Shown piece by piece: positions 13,601-26,916 of a DNA stretch of 64,000 nucleotides. The stretch comes from Azolla caroliniana. Taxonomy: Eukaryota > Plantae > Polypodiophyta. Numbering within the stretch: the first letter of the stretch is position 1; each line of letters opens with the position of its first letter. The notes under the pieces were generated by a model, which did not search any database, had not been told where the DNA came from, and worked only from the letters and a program-made list of their open reading frames with translations. The translations under genes were made by a program, and so were the position numbers. The stretch is from the NCBI GenBank assembly GCA_043228905.1, contig JBHGNT010000010.1:20584001-20648000 (forward strand), read 5' to 3'.

Positions 13601-16600
13601 GACTAGGCATAGAAGCATCTCCTTCTTCTAAACTCTCGACAAAAAGAGGGCATATCATCTCTGCAATTTCAGGTTTATGCACAAGAAGTACTATGTCAGC
13701 AAGGAACTGGATTACGTTGAGATGCATTGTTGCAATAACCTGTTTTCCTTTATCCTCCTACGAACAAGAAAAATAGATAGTTCAGGAATTTGCAAAACAA
13801 GGACTGAATGCACATATATCATCATACAAAAATCTAAATCAGGCCAAAAAGTTCTTTTGGTAAACTTAAATATAAACTCTTATGTCGAAAAAAGAGAAAT
13901 CTGTTGATCAAAATTCAGCAACAGACAAGGCTGGAGACTAGTACTAAATTATGCATTTGAAAATATATATTCAAACATTATTTTCAAGGTATCTGGTTTG
14001 TCCTTCCTCATTGTGAATCATGACTATATCATATTCATCATTGTCCCACTCTAAACCTCATTACTACTGTTCGCAGCCAAATCAATAGTGAAGCAATTTC
14101 CAAAATTGTTCATTAGTAGTCAGAATCTGATCAAAACCCAAACAGGATTGGAGATAGCATTGATTATGTTCGCACAGATTCTTGGAAACTACAAAATCTG
14201 ATGAACGGGCAAGGCAATCAAGAGGAACAATTTAGATGATACTATTGTTCATTATAATCTCCAAAAGATCAAATTTAGATGATAACAAGGATGCAGCATG
14301 TGAGTAATTGGCTTGTGATAAAAGGAGAGTTATCAAGTTGTAGAGAGGGAGGGAGAGAGAAAGAGAGCGGGTGATGAAAAGATTGCGAAGTAAACTCAAC
14401 TATAAAGGTTCATAACTCTCTTTATTATATCCATATTATCAGTAAGACTGTCAGATTCCAGCAACAACTTAAAATAATCTTTAGATGATTTCTTCCCTTT
14501 TTCAAGTACGGAAAAGTGGTTTTCCAAGTTTAAATATTGTAGCTTTAAAGGGGGAAGAAAGAGCAAAGCACCTCAGGGGGATACCATCTTATCATAAGCT
14601 AAAGTGCATCAATTGTAGACGAAGCTATCTAACAAGCAACATTTGGATATGCATATACCCTCTTGAATGATGATAGGAAGTTAAACCTCTGTTATCGTAC
14701 ATTAAAATAATAAGCAGATGCAATTAAACTCAGCTTGAATGAAAATAAACTCTTTTAAGTGGTCCCTAGTTTGACAGTTTGAAACTTGATTATTTCAAAG
14801 GCTTATACCTTTTCACTGCAATCTCGGACATTCGCTGCCAAAGACAAGAGAAAAGACTCGACAGCAGCACGATCCGTATTCCAGATGGATTGAATTATGT
14901 TACAAGTTGTTTTTACAATACTTTCAAACATTGGACCCTGGTTACTGCTCCATGGATCTGCCTGTAGTATAAATTATATATTTTAGTTTAAATACAAGAA
15001 AAAAAAAACATTTCAAATTCTCTTAGATTTTCGAAATACAGTTTAGCTTCAATTACCTGAGCACATGTCGCTAATACCAATGACTTCAAACGAATCAATA
15101 TTCCTTTCAAATCCTGACTTCCACATAATGATATTACATCTAGCAAATTTCTTAGTGTACAAGCAAATAAGTCCTCACATGATCTCAATCTGCGCCACGG
15201 TGAAACTGTGCAAGCATCTGAAATATCAATTAGGATGGCCAATGTCTCTCTAAGAGCATGTTTCCCAACACGTCCTTCAAGTTTCAAGGACAATAAACTT
15301 TTAGTATAAACTGAAGAAGCTGCTTTGCCGATTTGAAGCTTTGCATGGATCTTTGGTTTCAAGACACTCTCCTCTGCAGGCCAATCTCGTTTTCTTAACT
15401 ACATTAACAAAATCATGTGGGAATGCAAGTTATGGTTTTATTATATGCATATGAACAAAGGGAAAACTGCAAAATGCAATGACTTTTTTTATTTAACCAA
15501 ACGATGATAAATTTTTGTTGCTCGCCCAAATGCCCCTGATCAACCTCGAGAGAGATATAAAGAGAGATAAAAAAAGGGGATGAATTACCATGTATCACAT
15601 ATAAGTGCTCAAAAGGAGGTTGAGCAGAGTTATTTGGGGATAACAAAAATATAAGGGTATTTCATAGGTTTGCTTTATCTGTGAGAGAAGCCACAATAAC
15701 CAAACCTTGAGAATCGATGGAATAACTTTCAAGTGTTGACCTGCAGATGCCATCAATTGTGGGAAAACAATGTGTTTCGCTCTTGTCTGATTCAATCCTA
15801 CCATATCTAATACATTAACCAAGAGACTGAAACCGATCCTTTGTTTCTCTAGATCGTGACTATCCTCCGCTAGCAATGCAACAATGTACTGTAATTTTAA
15901 TGCACCATTATTCAATCCCTGAGATAGCGCCAAGTTACCAAAGCTGCCTTTCCCTGTCATGTTCCCATTGATTGATACAACTGATGAAAAACTTTGCCCT
16001 TCTCCTTCAGTTTTCAATGGAGAGCCGTTATTGAGCATTTCTGATGGACGTCCATCTTTTAACATGAGATTATATGACTTTCCTATGGGATCTAGGCTTT
16101 CTCTACCAGGACTCTGAAGGTAGTCTTTTGATGGGCTTCTCTCAGAAAAGTCGATATTCTCCTGACAATCCTCGTCTGATAATTCATGAAGTGGAAGAAT
16201 CCATTCCCGAACTAGGCAGGAACTAAGTTGGTCGACTTTGGAAGCATCCAAAGTTGGACAATTGTTAGACAATGTAATCAAATATGCCCTGATTTGTGAA
16301 GGCAAGGCTTGATTACTACTAGCACCATAGTTTGTGATGGTTTTCTCAATCACTGTGGAAATCACTGAGCTGATTGCCACACTATCTGATTGTCCAGATT
16401 TAACAATATTCACTAAATAGGAGTTGAATTCTGCAAAGAACAAACTAGCTGCCTCGAAGGTGAACCATTTTGGAAATGATTCTTGGTTACAACTCAATGG
16501 AAGGGACTCGAGAAATTTGAGCAATGTGTCTAATAAATCACTAGTATTCTTGAAATTTTTGCGTTTGGAAAGCAGCCTGGCTATGGCCATAATTCCTTGG

Positions 16601-16740
16601 AGTTGAGAGGTAGTAAATTCCACATGTTGAGGATCATGACTATTGAAAGAGCTTTGCTCCAGCATCCACACTATTCTCTCTTTGGTTATGTCTGCATTAT
16701 CCACAGAAAGAACATCTACGAGCTCGGTGAGAAACTCCAT
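4677..16740 (-). CDS. PI4KA: Phosphatidylinositol 4-kinase alpha (type III PI4K, Stt4/PI4KA family), 26 coding exons, about 2039 aa
   Basis: Exons deduced with phase-consistent splice sites: 15706-16740, 15057-15398, 14809-14961, 13587-13757, 13356-13514, 13147-13274, 12446-12752, 12191-12359, 11699-11916, 11418-11576, 11170-11346, 10577-11080, 9132-9491, 8618-8829, 8156-8360, 7925-8055, 7685-7841, 7322-7588, 7165-7242, 7024-7071, 6579-6754, 6312-6504, 6100-6240, 5600-5808, 5179-5340, 4677-4935 (sum 6120 nt). Motifs: [46 protein letters not shown] (helical domain) and C-terminal [13 protein letters not shown]. Confidence 0.97.
5390..5551. mobile_element. Degenerate foldback/MITE-like remnant in a PI4KA intron
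   Basis: AATTACCAAAATACCCCT (5433-5450) is inverted against AGGGGTATTCTGGTAATT (5479-5496), 17/18 match. Weaker outer inverted similarity (AAAATACC / GGTATTTT). No TSD found. Confidence 0.5.
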
Positions 16741-17558
16741 TGGAGAAATCTCAGACTCTTTCATCCACCAAGCAAAGCACATTGTAACTCTCTTCCGACA
16801 CCGGTAAACCTATAAACTGAACTACATGAAAAACTATGGAGCACATGGCAACAGAATGAAGCTTTTGTGTTTTCGATCACCCGATTGAAGATAAAGTGAC
16901 GACGTTGTTAGTATAATAACAGTTCTTTGGTTTAATCCATGCAATGTGTCTCTTTCCATAGATTCACAAATTTGAGGAAATATTCAAAGCAAAATTGACT
17001 AGAAATGAGACTTCAAAATATGATGAAGAAGATGGCCTCATCCATGCAAAGTATCTCTTTCATGGATTATTCCCAAGTTCCGACCATAAATATCTGCTTA
17101 GATAAGATTGAGCTGGCTATATAGTATAGGTCAATCTGTGTAAGCTGTATCTCTTTCCAAGAGTTTGAAGAAACGGGAAACAGCATAGGCAGAAACGGAC
17201 CCTCGGGATTTTCGAGGAGAAATCAATGGAGATTCAGATAAGATGGATTAGTGTGTGCAAAGCATATCTCTCTCCATCCATTTTCGCACATATTAAGATC
17301 CGCTTCCACAAACAGCAGGACGCAAGAAACGGAAAGAAACTGGCGATCTGCTGACAAATGATGGAGCTGCACAGAGATCCGATGGTCGTCTGGCCTAAAA
17401 CGAAACGGGGGAAGAAACGGATGAGATTCTCGGCATCTGAAACGAATCTAAGACGAAACGGGAGGAGAGACAGACGAGATTGTTCCGCGCCTGAGAATGG
17501 AAAGGATATGCGCATATATATATATATATATATATTGCTAAGAAAGGAAGAAAAATGA

Positions 17559-17563
<5 letters not shown>

Positions 17564-17594
<31 letters not shown>

Positions 17595-17800
17595 CAGATC
17601 GAGGAGGTTCTTCACAAGGTAATATACTAACAAATGGAGACGGAAGGCAGAGAATGAGATGGAGATGGGGAAAAAAAGGATGCTTGTGCAACAGCAGAAA
17701 ACCTTCTTTATCTGAGCAGAACCGTCTATCTGCACGGTTCTCGCTCCTTCTCTCTGAAACCTTTCTCAGAGAACAAGCTTCTCTCTCCACAATTCCTCTC

Positions 17801-17861
<61 letters not shown>

Positions 17862-17926
17862 CTGTCTGTCTGTCTGGTCTGTCTGTGTATCTCGCTTTCT
17901 CTCAGACACCTTTCTCTGAGCAGAAG

Positions 17927-17967
<41 letters not shown>
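17564..17967. promoter_or_regulatory. (GA)n/(CT)n tracts around the PI4KA 5' end (GAGA elements)
   Basis: (GA)n at about 17564-17591 and (CT)n at about 17805-17855 and 17928-17967, upstream of the start codon. GA repeats are known BBR/BPC binding sites in plants; function here is inferred. Confidence 0.5.
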
Positions 17968-17970
<3 letters not shown>

Positions 17971-18189
17971 CTGTGTGTTTTCCTTCTTCTAAATCGCTCG
18001 CTCAATTAATTAACCAATTAATGACTTTAATTAAATGGAATTCTGATTAAAGAAATAAAATAGAATAAAGACCGAATTACATTTGTATTAAATAGAATGA
18101 GACCGAATTACGTTTATGTCCTCAGAATATGCTCTCTTCCCCGCCCAATTTTCCCTCTTTAACTTCTTGTGGTTTCATCATTATACATA

Positions 18190-18423
18190 ATTAAGTTACC
18201 TTACCCTAGTCATAAGTTATTAGAGTCCTAACCCTAGGTTTCGGGTTCGAAACGCACTCTTCTCACCTCTCTATCATAATTCATCCCATACATATGCTCT
18301 TTATTTACTACTCTCATGCCACTATGAATGTAGGGTTTATCCCATACATATGCTCTTTATTTACTACTCTCATGCCACTATGAAATGTAGGGTTGAACCC
18401 ATGATCTTCTAGTCTCCGTTGGG

Positions 18424-18476
<53 letters not shown>

Positions 18477-18640
18477 ATCGTAAGTTGTTACACTACTAGC
18501 ACTATGTCTTGGGTTCGAAACTCGATTTTCTCTCACTTGTCTATTACTTTAAACATATCTCTTCATTCACTAGATGCCATCGTGGAATGTAGGGGTTGAA
18601 CCCATTACCTCCCGATCTCCATTGGGCAACCTTGGCCCAA
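18190..18640. repeat. Two direct copies of a ~200-bp repeat with tRNA B-box-like motifs, separated by (CT)n
   Basis: Shared blocks GGGTTCGAAAC...TCTCAC and ATGCCA...GAATGTAGGG(G)TTGAACCCAT...TCTCC.TTGGGCAA. There is also an internal 56-bp tandem duplication at about 18283-18395. Confidence 0.75.
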
Positions 18641-21600
18641 GCCATGGCATGATGCAGGTGTGCCCCTCCCTCTCTCGCTCGCTCTGTCGCCTGCTCTCAT
18701 TGACTTCTTGTATGTGTTGGGGGTTGCGTTCATTACAAGCCCAAGCCATAGCACGATGCACGTGTGTCTGCTTGCTCCTGTTGACTTCTTGCCTCTTCAC
18801 AAATGGAAAGGAGAATGTGGATGATGTGTACAAACATTGGACAACCTAACCATCTCTCACAAAGCCCTGAACAACACCATGCATACCAATATGAGGGAGG
18901 AGTGTTTCCTTATCACTTGGAATTAACGATACTTCTTCAGACACAATTTGTCAAGTGTTCCTTTTATGACTACTTCACGTGCAAATCCCCATCTTTAGAG
19001 CCCTTCATTGAAGAAGAGAGAACAAATAATGTTCTAGGGCGTAACATTTTTCAATTCTCGATAAAAATATTCTATGTATCACCTTATACTTGGATAGGTT
19101 CTCATTGTGAGTGTGGTGAACACGCGAACGATGGGTTCAATATGTCTTGACGATGTTCTTTTTCTCATGATACCATGACACACAGTTTTATTGTGTGAAA
19201 TTTGAATTATCTCGTATTCAGTTGACTAGCCAAGGCATGGTGAGCAAGTCTTTAGATAGGGTTGACAAAGTGAGATATAGAGGGGCAAAATGACAAGATT
19301 GTAGGTGTCTCTAAAATGAACCCCATAGAATAGTTGTTGTAGACAATAAAGCTTAAATATTCATATAACCATGAATATTCATTAACTAAATTTGTTCAAC
19401 ATATTGAACATGCCCACATTGACTTCATCCTATTCCATGGTAGAATTATTCCCTCTACCCATAAGAGCAATTTCAAAGGTGACGTTCGAGAGCTTTGTTC
19501 TTAACAATGATGAGGTGTGTCATGATTACTAAACTCCCCGTAGTGAGCATTGCTCAACACTCTCTTAGTTTTTTCGAAGGTTTATTTTGCGAACATTGGG
19601 ATTCATGTGTTCCTACAATATGCATATAAACACAAACATGTAACCTCGAGAAGAGCAGTTTGTCTTATCGAGTAGCATGATACATGAACTTTACTTGGAG
19701 ACTCTTAAAATAGTTATGTTTAAACTTCGAAATATGCCAAACGAGTGCACAATCAAGAGAAACTATAATTAAATCTATAAAAGAATCTCAGAGTGTAACT
19801 CTGATTGCATTTAGTGTACTAATCCTTAAGATCATTTCTCGCCTCTTTATTGCCAACCCACCTAAGTATTATTAACGAGATCAATGACGTGTTTACATAT
19901 TATTTACATTTAAAATTTGGATAGAGCAAAATTGGTAATACATTGCATTGGCAATCATACTATAATCTCTTTCCATCCAAGTGAACATAACCATGCCCAC
20001 ACTTATATAATAATATGGATCTCTTTTTACACACACTATTAGCAACAGACATACTGCATGACATGTGATCCATCACATGCACATATATGTATGTACAAAC
20101 GTACATACATAAGTTGATACAAAGTAATGAACTTTGAGGAAAAAAGGCACCTGTATTTATTATTTCTCACCATTTATGATGACAATTGGTCACGCAATCA
20201 TAGACTTTGGTTAATGTAGTAGATACCTCCCTAGAGTCTACCAATTGGTCATGTTGTTTGTCATTCAATACCCCCTCAATGTGGTTTAGGTAGTGATTAA
20301 ATACCTTCCTCCGCCTACTCACCGTGATGCACCAAACTAATGAGCTTCCTTTTTAAGATTGTTGAATGTTTGCCAACCAACAACAACTGACGTATATATT
20401 TTTTGTCAAATGGATATCGCACAAGATCATAATATTTTTAATTGCACAAAGATGGCATCTGATTAACTGGGATGCAACAAAACCATTATTTTACTCACAT
20501 CAAGTCATTTGACCATACATACATCTTAATTATCCCGTAGTTTTAGACATCAAGAGTGACCGTAGAACATAGATATATTAACAAGGCCTTGTAAAACTTT
20601 TTTACTTTAAAGTCTCCGATCCTCGTTTATGTTTACAAAGATTCATGTTGTAGATTTCAAAACATAGACGAGTCTAAAAAATGGTGCAAACTAATAGGTC
20701 TTTTCACATTGTAACCTTGGTGTACCTTTTGTGGAATAAAAGTAACAATGTTGTGTGAGGCTTGAGCGAATGTGCATGTTTCCAGAATCAGAGAGAATCC
20801 ACAATGAAGATACAACACTTGTGAATGAAGAACTTTGCAATCCATTGATTGGGCAATTAACATTCATAATCTAAATGGTTAAAAATGATAAGCATGGTTG
20901 ATGAAACCTACAATGTGCTCCCATATTAGCAAAATTAACTTGATATAAATCGACAAGATATGAAGATCGTTGCAAAAGTAATCCAATATATATGAATCAT
21001 TGGAAAATTGCATGCCATATGAAATGTTGGGCTACTCATTTGGCAAAGTAGCGCAATTTGTTGCAATGTTTGGGTTAATTTAAATATTATAGATTTGTTT
21101 GTAGGTATATTGACATTTTGACAAGTCCTTTTACTAGCAATAGATTTAGTGAATTAGGACGACAATAAAGGAATCCAAATTCCAAACTATGAAACTTCTG
21201 ACAAAATAAACGGAGCCCTGGAAATCAATTTCCGTATTTTGACATTTAAGCCCACCTATAGGGAGACACGTAATTAACCATGACACCAAATGTGCCATCA
21301 ACCAAATGTCTATCTACCTATAATGCTACATGTTATGAAAGTTGGTGATTATGGACGGTGAAGATGCTCTTCAATTCGCATGGTATGATCTTGATTGTGG
21401 ATTTAAACAACGGACACACCTTTTCTCAATCGTATCTTGACCGAGGAATCTGACAATGGACACACCAACAAAAATAAAAGGAAATACATGGTATCATTTA
21501 CTACTCACACATAACTATCTCTATTTTATCATGCGTCCACTATTTATCTTATATGGTAATTCATAATTTTTACCACTAGTTTGTTGCTCATCCGTTGTTT

Positions 21601-23694
21601 TCTCTAATATGTGAATTCATAATAGCGAAGAGTTGTCCCATAGAATATGCTATGCACGCAATGCCTCATTTCCAATCAAATGAATCCACATCATCGAAGA
21701 AAATATTTTTGAAAATAATGTTGCCTTTGATAATATGTGATGATCCATGAAATATTGGGCAAATCCAATTCAACAAATACTAATCAACTTTCTTCTTCAA
21801 AAGAATGATCTCTATCATCAACTATGAATCATGCCCATGGCATACACGGTAGATCTAGTTTTGTAAGTCCATACAATGGTGACTTCCTTTTTTCTTTTAG
21901 GAAATGGTTTTGTCAGAGTTAAGGTCGAGTGCCAGCTAGGCTAAATCTTTTATCGTATATCACATCAATGATCGTGTGCTTTTAAGCTAATACATTGCTT
22001 TTTATTTGAATCTTAACATCCTATACCACCATTACTTACACTTTATTGCATTTATACTTGCAATATGCATCCTCTTAGCATTGGCTCAAGGAAATACTAT
22101 TTTTTTATGCATGCAATTTGCATCTCTATTCTTTTCCACATGGCATCACTAAAATGTTAATAGTTATATGATTTCGATCCATGGGTTGTGCACAATTAAT
22201 TTACAACAAATGAACTAACATTGCTCAAAACATGAACCCTAAACCTTAAGGTCATTGGTATATGCATGCAACATCATCATCACCATTCTCTTAGGCATTG
22301 CCTTATAAGCAATTGTATCATAATGAACCCAAATTCAAACACATTGCTCAATATTTGAACTTGGTATGTTAAAGTTACGAAAAAATGCGTCATTACGTTG
22401 TTGGTTCCTTGTGGCACATATTGCCCATACGAGGATCAATGTTTGCCATTGATTTATTTACTAACATGTTATATGCTAGTAGTCAAGGCATATGGGTTTC
22501 CAAGGGCAATACTCAAGGCTATTGAGTATGGGTTAAGGTGGTGTCTTCTTAGTTTTTGGTTATCGTTTGGAATACATACTAATTATAACTTTTTGAACAA
22601 AAGAACATGTTTTCCATTCGTAATATTTCGTAGGCATATACTCTCTCATCTCCGTAATATTTCGAAGGTATATGCTCTCTCATCTTGAGTCGATTTTTCT
22701 GTAGATTTCATATTAGTTTTCTATTTTAAGTAGTTACTTCAGATGTACAAAAAATCAATAATCTTCTTCTTCCCCCACCTAAATGTGATCTCATCTAAGC
22801 ACTATCATGATTCATGAACATGAGTTGTAGGACTTAGAAGGGTCTAGTATTATCTACATTTTTCTTTCTTTTCAAATGTGAGGCAGCCCGCAAATAAATA
22901 ATTCGATTAAGCACACAATTGATATGTTTCGATGTGCAAGGGCCATGTTTGGTAATTAAACTATCTCTCTCTTAATTCAAGTGTGAAATCAACTTCATCC
23001 AAAATAAACATTTGTGAATGTTGAAAAAACATTTATTAATTAATTTGAAATGTTGTTCAACATATACAAATATGCCCTCATAATTATGTTCTCGACCAAA
23101 ATTAGGAGTAACTTCCCACCAAACATTGATGTACCCTTCAATTGCATGTTTTTTCTACACTTATTAGTTTCCATATGAGGCTATTTATTTACTGACAAGG
23201 TTATATATTCACTGTTACTTTTGCTAGTAGGCTTCTACACATAGATGCATCTGGCACATTAGTGTCATATCCTTGCGTATGTTTGGTCATTGATTTTCAA
23301 TATGTAGTTTTATGATTACCATTTTTTAAATTCCAAACATGTTTATTTACGGAACTCAACTTCAGAACAAAAAAAACAACACATTTTCCTTGCATTGAAA
23401 TCGTATTAGTCATCTATGTTTAGCTACAACAAGTTCATTTAATAGTGTTTTAAGGAAAGTCAATAGACATGCTTGAGGATAGAAACACCTTTGCATATTG
23501 TTAACCCATTAGTATCCACTCTACCCAAAGGTCAAGTTATGGTCATGGAAGATTGCCCAATTATGAGGGGTAGCTAGTATCAAACGGGGACTCAAACCTC
23601 GATTTAAATATATTCCCCTACTCCACGATAAGATTACAATTACACTTTACACATAGTTAGCTTCCTTCTCTCATATAATTCCATGCATTATCTT

Positions 23695-23842
23695 TCTTTC
23701 TTTTTTTAAAGAAAGATGCACGTTAGTATATTGCTTGAAAACTCTACATAAAAGAAGAAGAAGGAGACATTTCATCTCACTTCTTATTTTAAGATACAAA
23801 TGGTAGTACATCCGATCAAACAGGTGTTGTCATATATGAAAA
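23695..23842 (-). mobile_element. Short retroposed insertion (5'-truncated LINE/SINE-type) with an 18-bp TSD
   Basis: AATTCCATGCATTATCTT at 23677-23694 and 23843-23860 flanks about 150 bp that begins with a T-rich tract (A-rich tail on the minus strand). Confidence 0.7.
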
Positions 23843-24209
23843 AATTCCATGCATTATCTTCTTTTGGCGTTGGCGACTTTATATGACTAGCCTTGTTGGG
23901 TTATCAAGAGAGAACTCCCTTGATGTAATGCGATTATTACGCATTAAATGAGATGTTCTTTCACAGATTACGATGAGAGCCTCAAGGAGTTGGTATGCAA
24001 AGTATAACCTTAATAATGGGTGTCTTTGGAAATGCATTATGCATGTGAACATGGAAAGACATACATATTGCCTCGTGTTTATCCACTAGATCGAAAGGGT
24101 TTTCCCCGGTCTTTGACCATGAGGGGGTACTTTACATTTCACCTGGCTTGGTTTAATGCCCTAAAAAAGAGAGACAAAGAGATGCAAAATTAGAGAGAAT
24201 GAAAGAGAT

Positions 24210-24700
24210 ACTCATTTGCCATAGGCAAAGACAATTAGTTGAGAATAATTGTCCTTGCTTAATACTATTAGTGCTAGCGAAAAAAAAGGGAAACTTCATC
24301 ACAATCATAGATGGTATATTAAATTCTCATTGATTCGGGAAATTACAAGAATATATTCACTTGGTGCCTAGAGTTCTATGCGTCTCCAGAGATGTTCGTG
24401 AGGCACCATGCCAAAAGCTTTCTTTAGCTTTATGATGCAACAACAAAGTCCTTACCTTTTGAAATGACTTTCTTCCATTAACATTCGAAGAGTGACGAGA
24501 TGACCACAATATTGTTTTTATGTTTTCGAAACTCTCTTATCCATCTTCTAAGCCTACGCATTAACTTAACTTCCATTATACATCCAAACAAGTTTGCCAT
24601 AGGAGAGCCAACCATGGTTATCTTATAGTTATTTACCTTATCTTTGACTATATTCAAGTGCCACAACATTCTTTATCAAACAATTTTTTCCTTAAGCTAT
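24210..24700 (-). mobile_element. Decayed LINE reverse transcriptase fragment (RTE-like)
   Basis: Minus-strand translation gives VNNYKITMVGSPMANLFGCIME, KAFGMVPHEHLWRR and SIKQG. These correspond to the LINE RT motifs NYRPI, KAFDxVxxxxLW and GVKQG, with stops and frameshifts. Confidence 0.8.
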
Positions 24701-26613
24701 GTTTATTGGCACGATTGCAAGGCATATGCTTAACTGAAAATCATTTGTATGCATTGAGGAAATGACCTTTTTGAAGGCTTCCATTTGCATTCCAATATTG
24801 CACCATGTTGAGTCATTGTCTTTTGTAACGTATCTCAATTGCAGTGGCATATATATAAATCATATATACAATTATACAAATATGAATTCATGTTATCAAT
24901 ATCAAAACAAATATAAAAGCTCTCGGTTTTCTAAAAGTATGTAATAATGATTTTTATGCATGATGTGAAATGATTTGGAGATTGTTTATGAGCATGAAGT
25001 GGCGAGTAATGGCGATTCAACATCATATTTGTCTTGAACCTAACACAAAATTTGGCCAAGGTGTCATGGATCAACATTCTCCATAAATTGTTGAGTGGTG
25101 ATGGAGGTAAATAAGTAGACACATTTTATTATCATCCTTATTGATCATTCGTGTATGGTACTAAAAGTGAAACATTTTCACATATCATGTATGGAGTTGA
25201 GTACTAACGTTTAGTGTTCAGAACAATTACTTATAATGCAACAAACAAGAGCGCACATTGTGATTGTGATAAGACTATATTGACGATGTAGGACATTGTA
25301 TTGACTATACTTAGACTCTTGGACTTGTTTAGGAGAAAAATATTCATAGTTAAGGAAACTCCTTGCAGGTGGCCCATTAACTTTTTCGTCTCACATCAAA
25401 GACAATATGAGCTAAGTTATATGGAATCAATGGTGCAAACGACAAACAAAGGGATATGCTATAAAGGGTATGGGTGACTCCAAGTTTTCAATTCTACATA
25501 TGGAATATTGCATTGTGGCTAAATAGAGTGAGTATCTACATAGTTTGATAGTGTGCAATGAGTTTATTGCGGATAAATTGGCTTAAGGTTTAGAATAACA
25601 ATGATTTGAAACAAATATTGCACCACATGACATTTGCATGTACTTGGCATAGGGTGATGTGGCATTTGAATGCATCAAAAGTTATTTACTTTCTATTAAA
25701 AACCATAAGTTATTTGCTATATTCCTAATTCAGGTTTCCTTTGATTTTTCACTCCAACTTTTTGATCTCGTTCACCTTTCACTTCAATTGTAAATATGTA
25801 CTTGAGGGTGTCTTGTGATCGTTGAAGGAGACTCATCAAGTGTGTTCTTTATGGGCCACCTTCTAATACAATATATACTACATACTTGGGCATGATATTG
25901 GAGAGAATGTGATATCAACATTTGCTTTGCTTGGCAAATATCTTTACTATGTAAATTTAATTCAACAACCAATGTGTAGAACATTTGATCGATGCCTTAA
26001 ACAATAGGCCCTTTGTCCATATTTTTGGGAACCTCTTACCCAACCCAATTACAAAGTCATGATTTACCATTTTCCCTATAGATTTGCTCTTATGGCAAAC
26101 CAAATCATTTAGTGTTGCCCCATATCTGTAAACAAGCTATTTTCATAGGGACACTATTTTGTGTTATAACTTATACCTCACCCCTAGCCTTGATAAGAGC
26201 ATGAAGCAAAGCAAGAAAGATGTGGGTTTGGCAAATGTTTAATTGATAGATGAGCTTCATAAATTGGGACAATTTTTTTTTTCATTAGTCTAGCTTTTAA
26301 AATTTTATTTGGTCTCTCCTCAAATTATCCATAACTCATGCTTGCCTCATCCATGACCATGTAAGACCATTTATGGTCCATTTATAACATACCCATGGGC
26401 CATGACGATACATACCCTTATGTTCCTTGTGCAACCATACAATATGAGAGCCTTCACTCGTTGAAATAACGATCACTAAAATAATAATAAATGGTATAGT
26501 TAATCAAAAGCATATTATCATGGGATTTTAACATTTGCTATATTCTCTTTGAAACCATTCAAATATTTTTCTATCCATATGTAAAGTCTATGTCACGACC
26601 CTTTAAAAGCCAT

Positions 26614-26652
<39 letters not shown>

Positions 26653-26699
26653 AAGTCTATGTCACAACCCTTTAAAAGCCATTAGAGATAGAGAGAGAG

Positions 26700-26916
26700 C
26701 CAATGGAGACGAGGTGGTCATAGCCTATAGGTTTAACCCCTACATTCCAGTGGCATCTAGTGATATAAGAGATATCTATGGAGGAATAGAGAGGAGTGGC
26801 ATCTAGTGAAATAAGAGATATCTATGGAGGAAAAGAGAGGTGAGAAAATTAGGTTTTGAACCCAAGATGTAGTGCTAGTAATATAAATGACTTACCACTA
26901 GGGTAAGTTAATTACC
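26700..26916. repeat. Inverted copy of the 18190-18640 repeat unit
   Basis: The reverse complement contains TACTAGCACTACATCTTGGGTTCAAAAC (25/28 to 18495-18522), CTTACCCTAGT, TTCACTAGATGCCA and GGAATGTAGGGGTT. It has an internal 46-bp tandem duplication and is flanked by (GA)n. Confidence 0.75.

Noticed and set aside
15595-15705. C-terminal extension VWLLWLLS... of the 395-aa and 367-aa ORFs
   Set aside because: Read-through into the intron after the GT donor; the spliced frame continues at 15398.
17234-18005. ORFs with RERERE/LSLSLS runs
   Set aside because: Translations of GA/CT microsatellites.
26243-26272. LIDELHKLG as a DExH helicase motif
   Set aside because: Isolated short match with no Walker A or other helicase motif found nearby.
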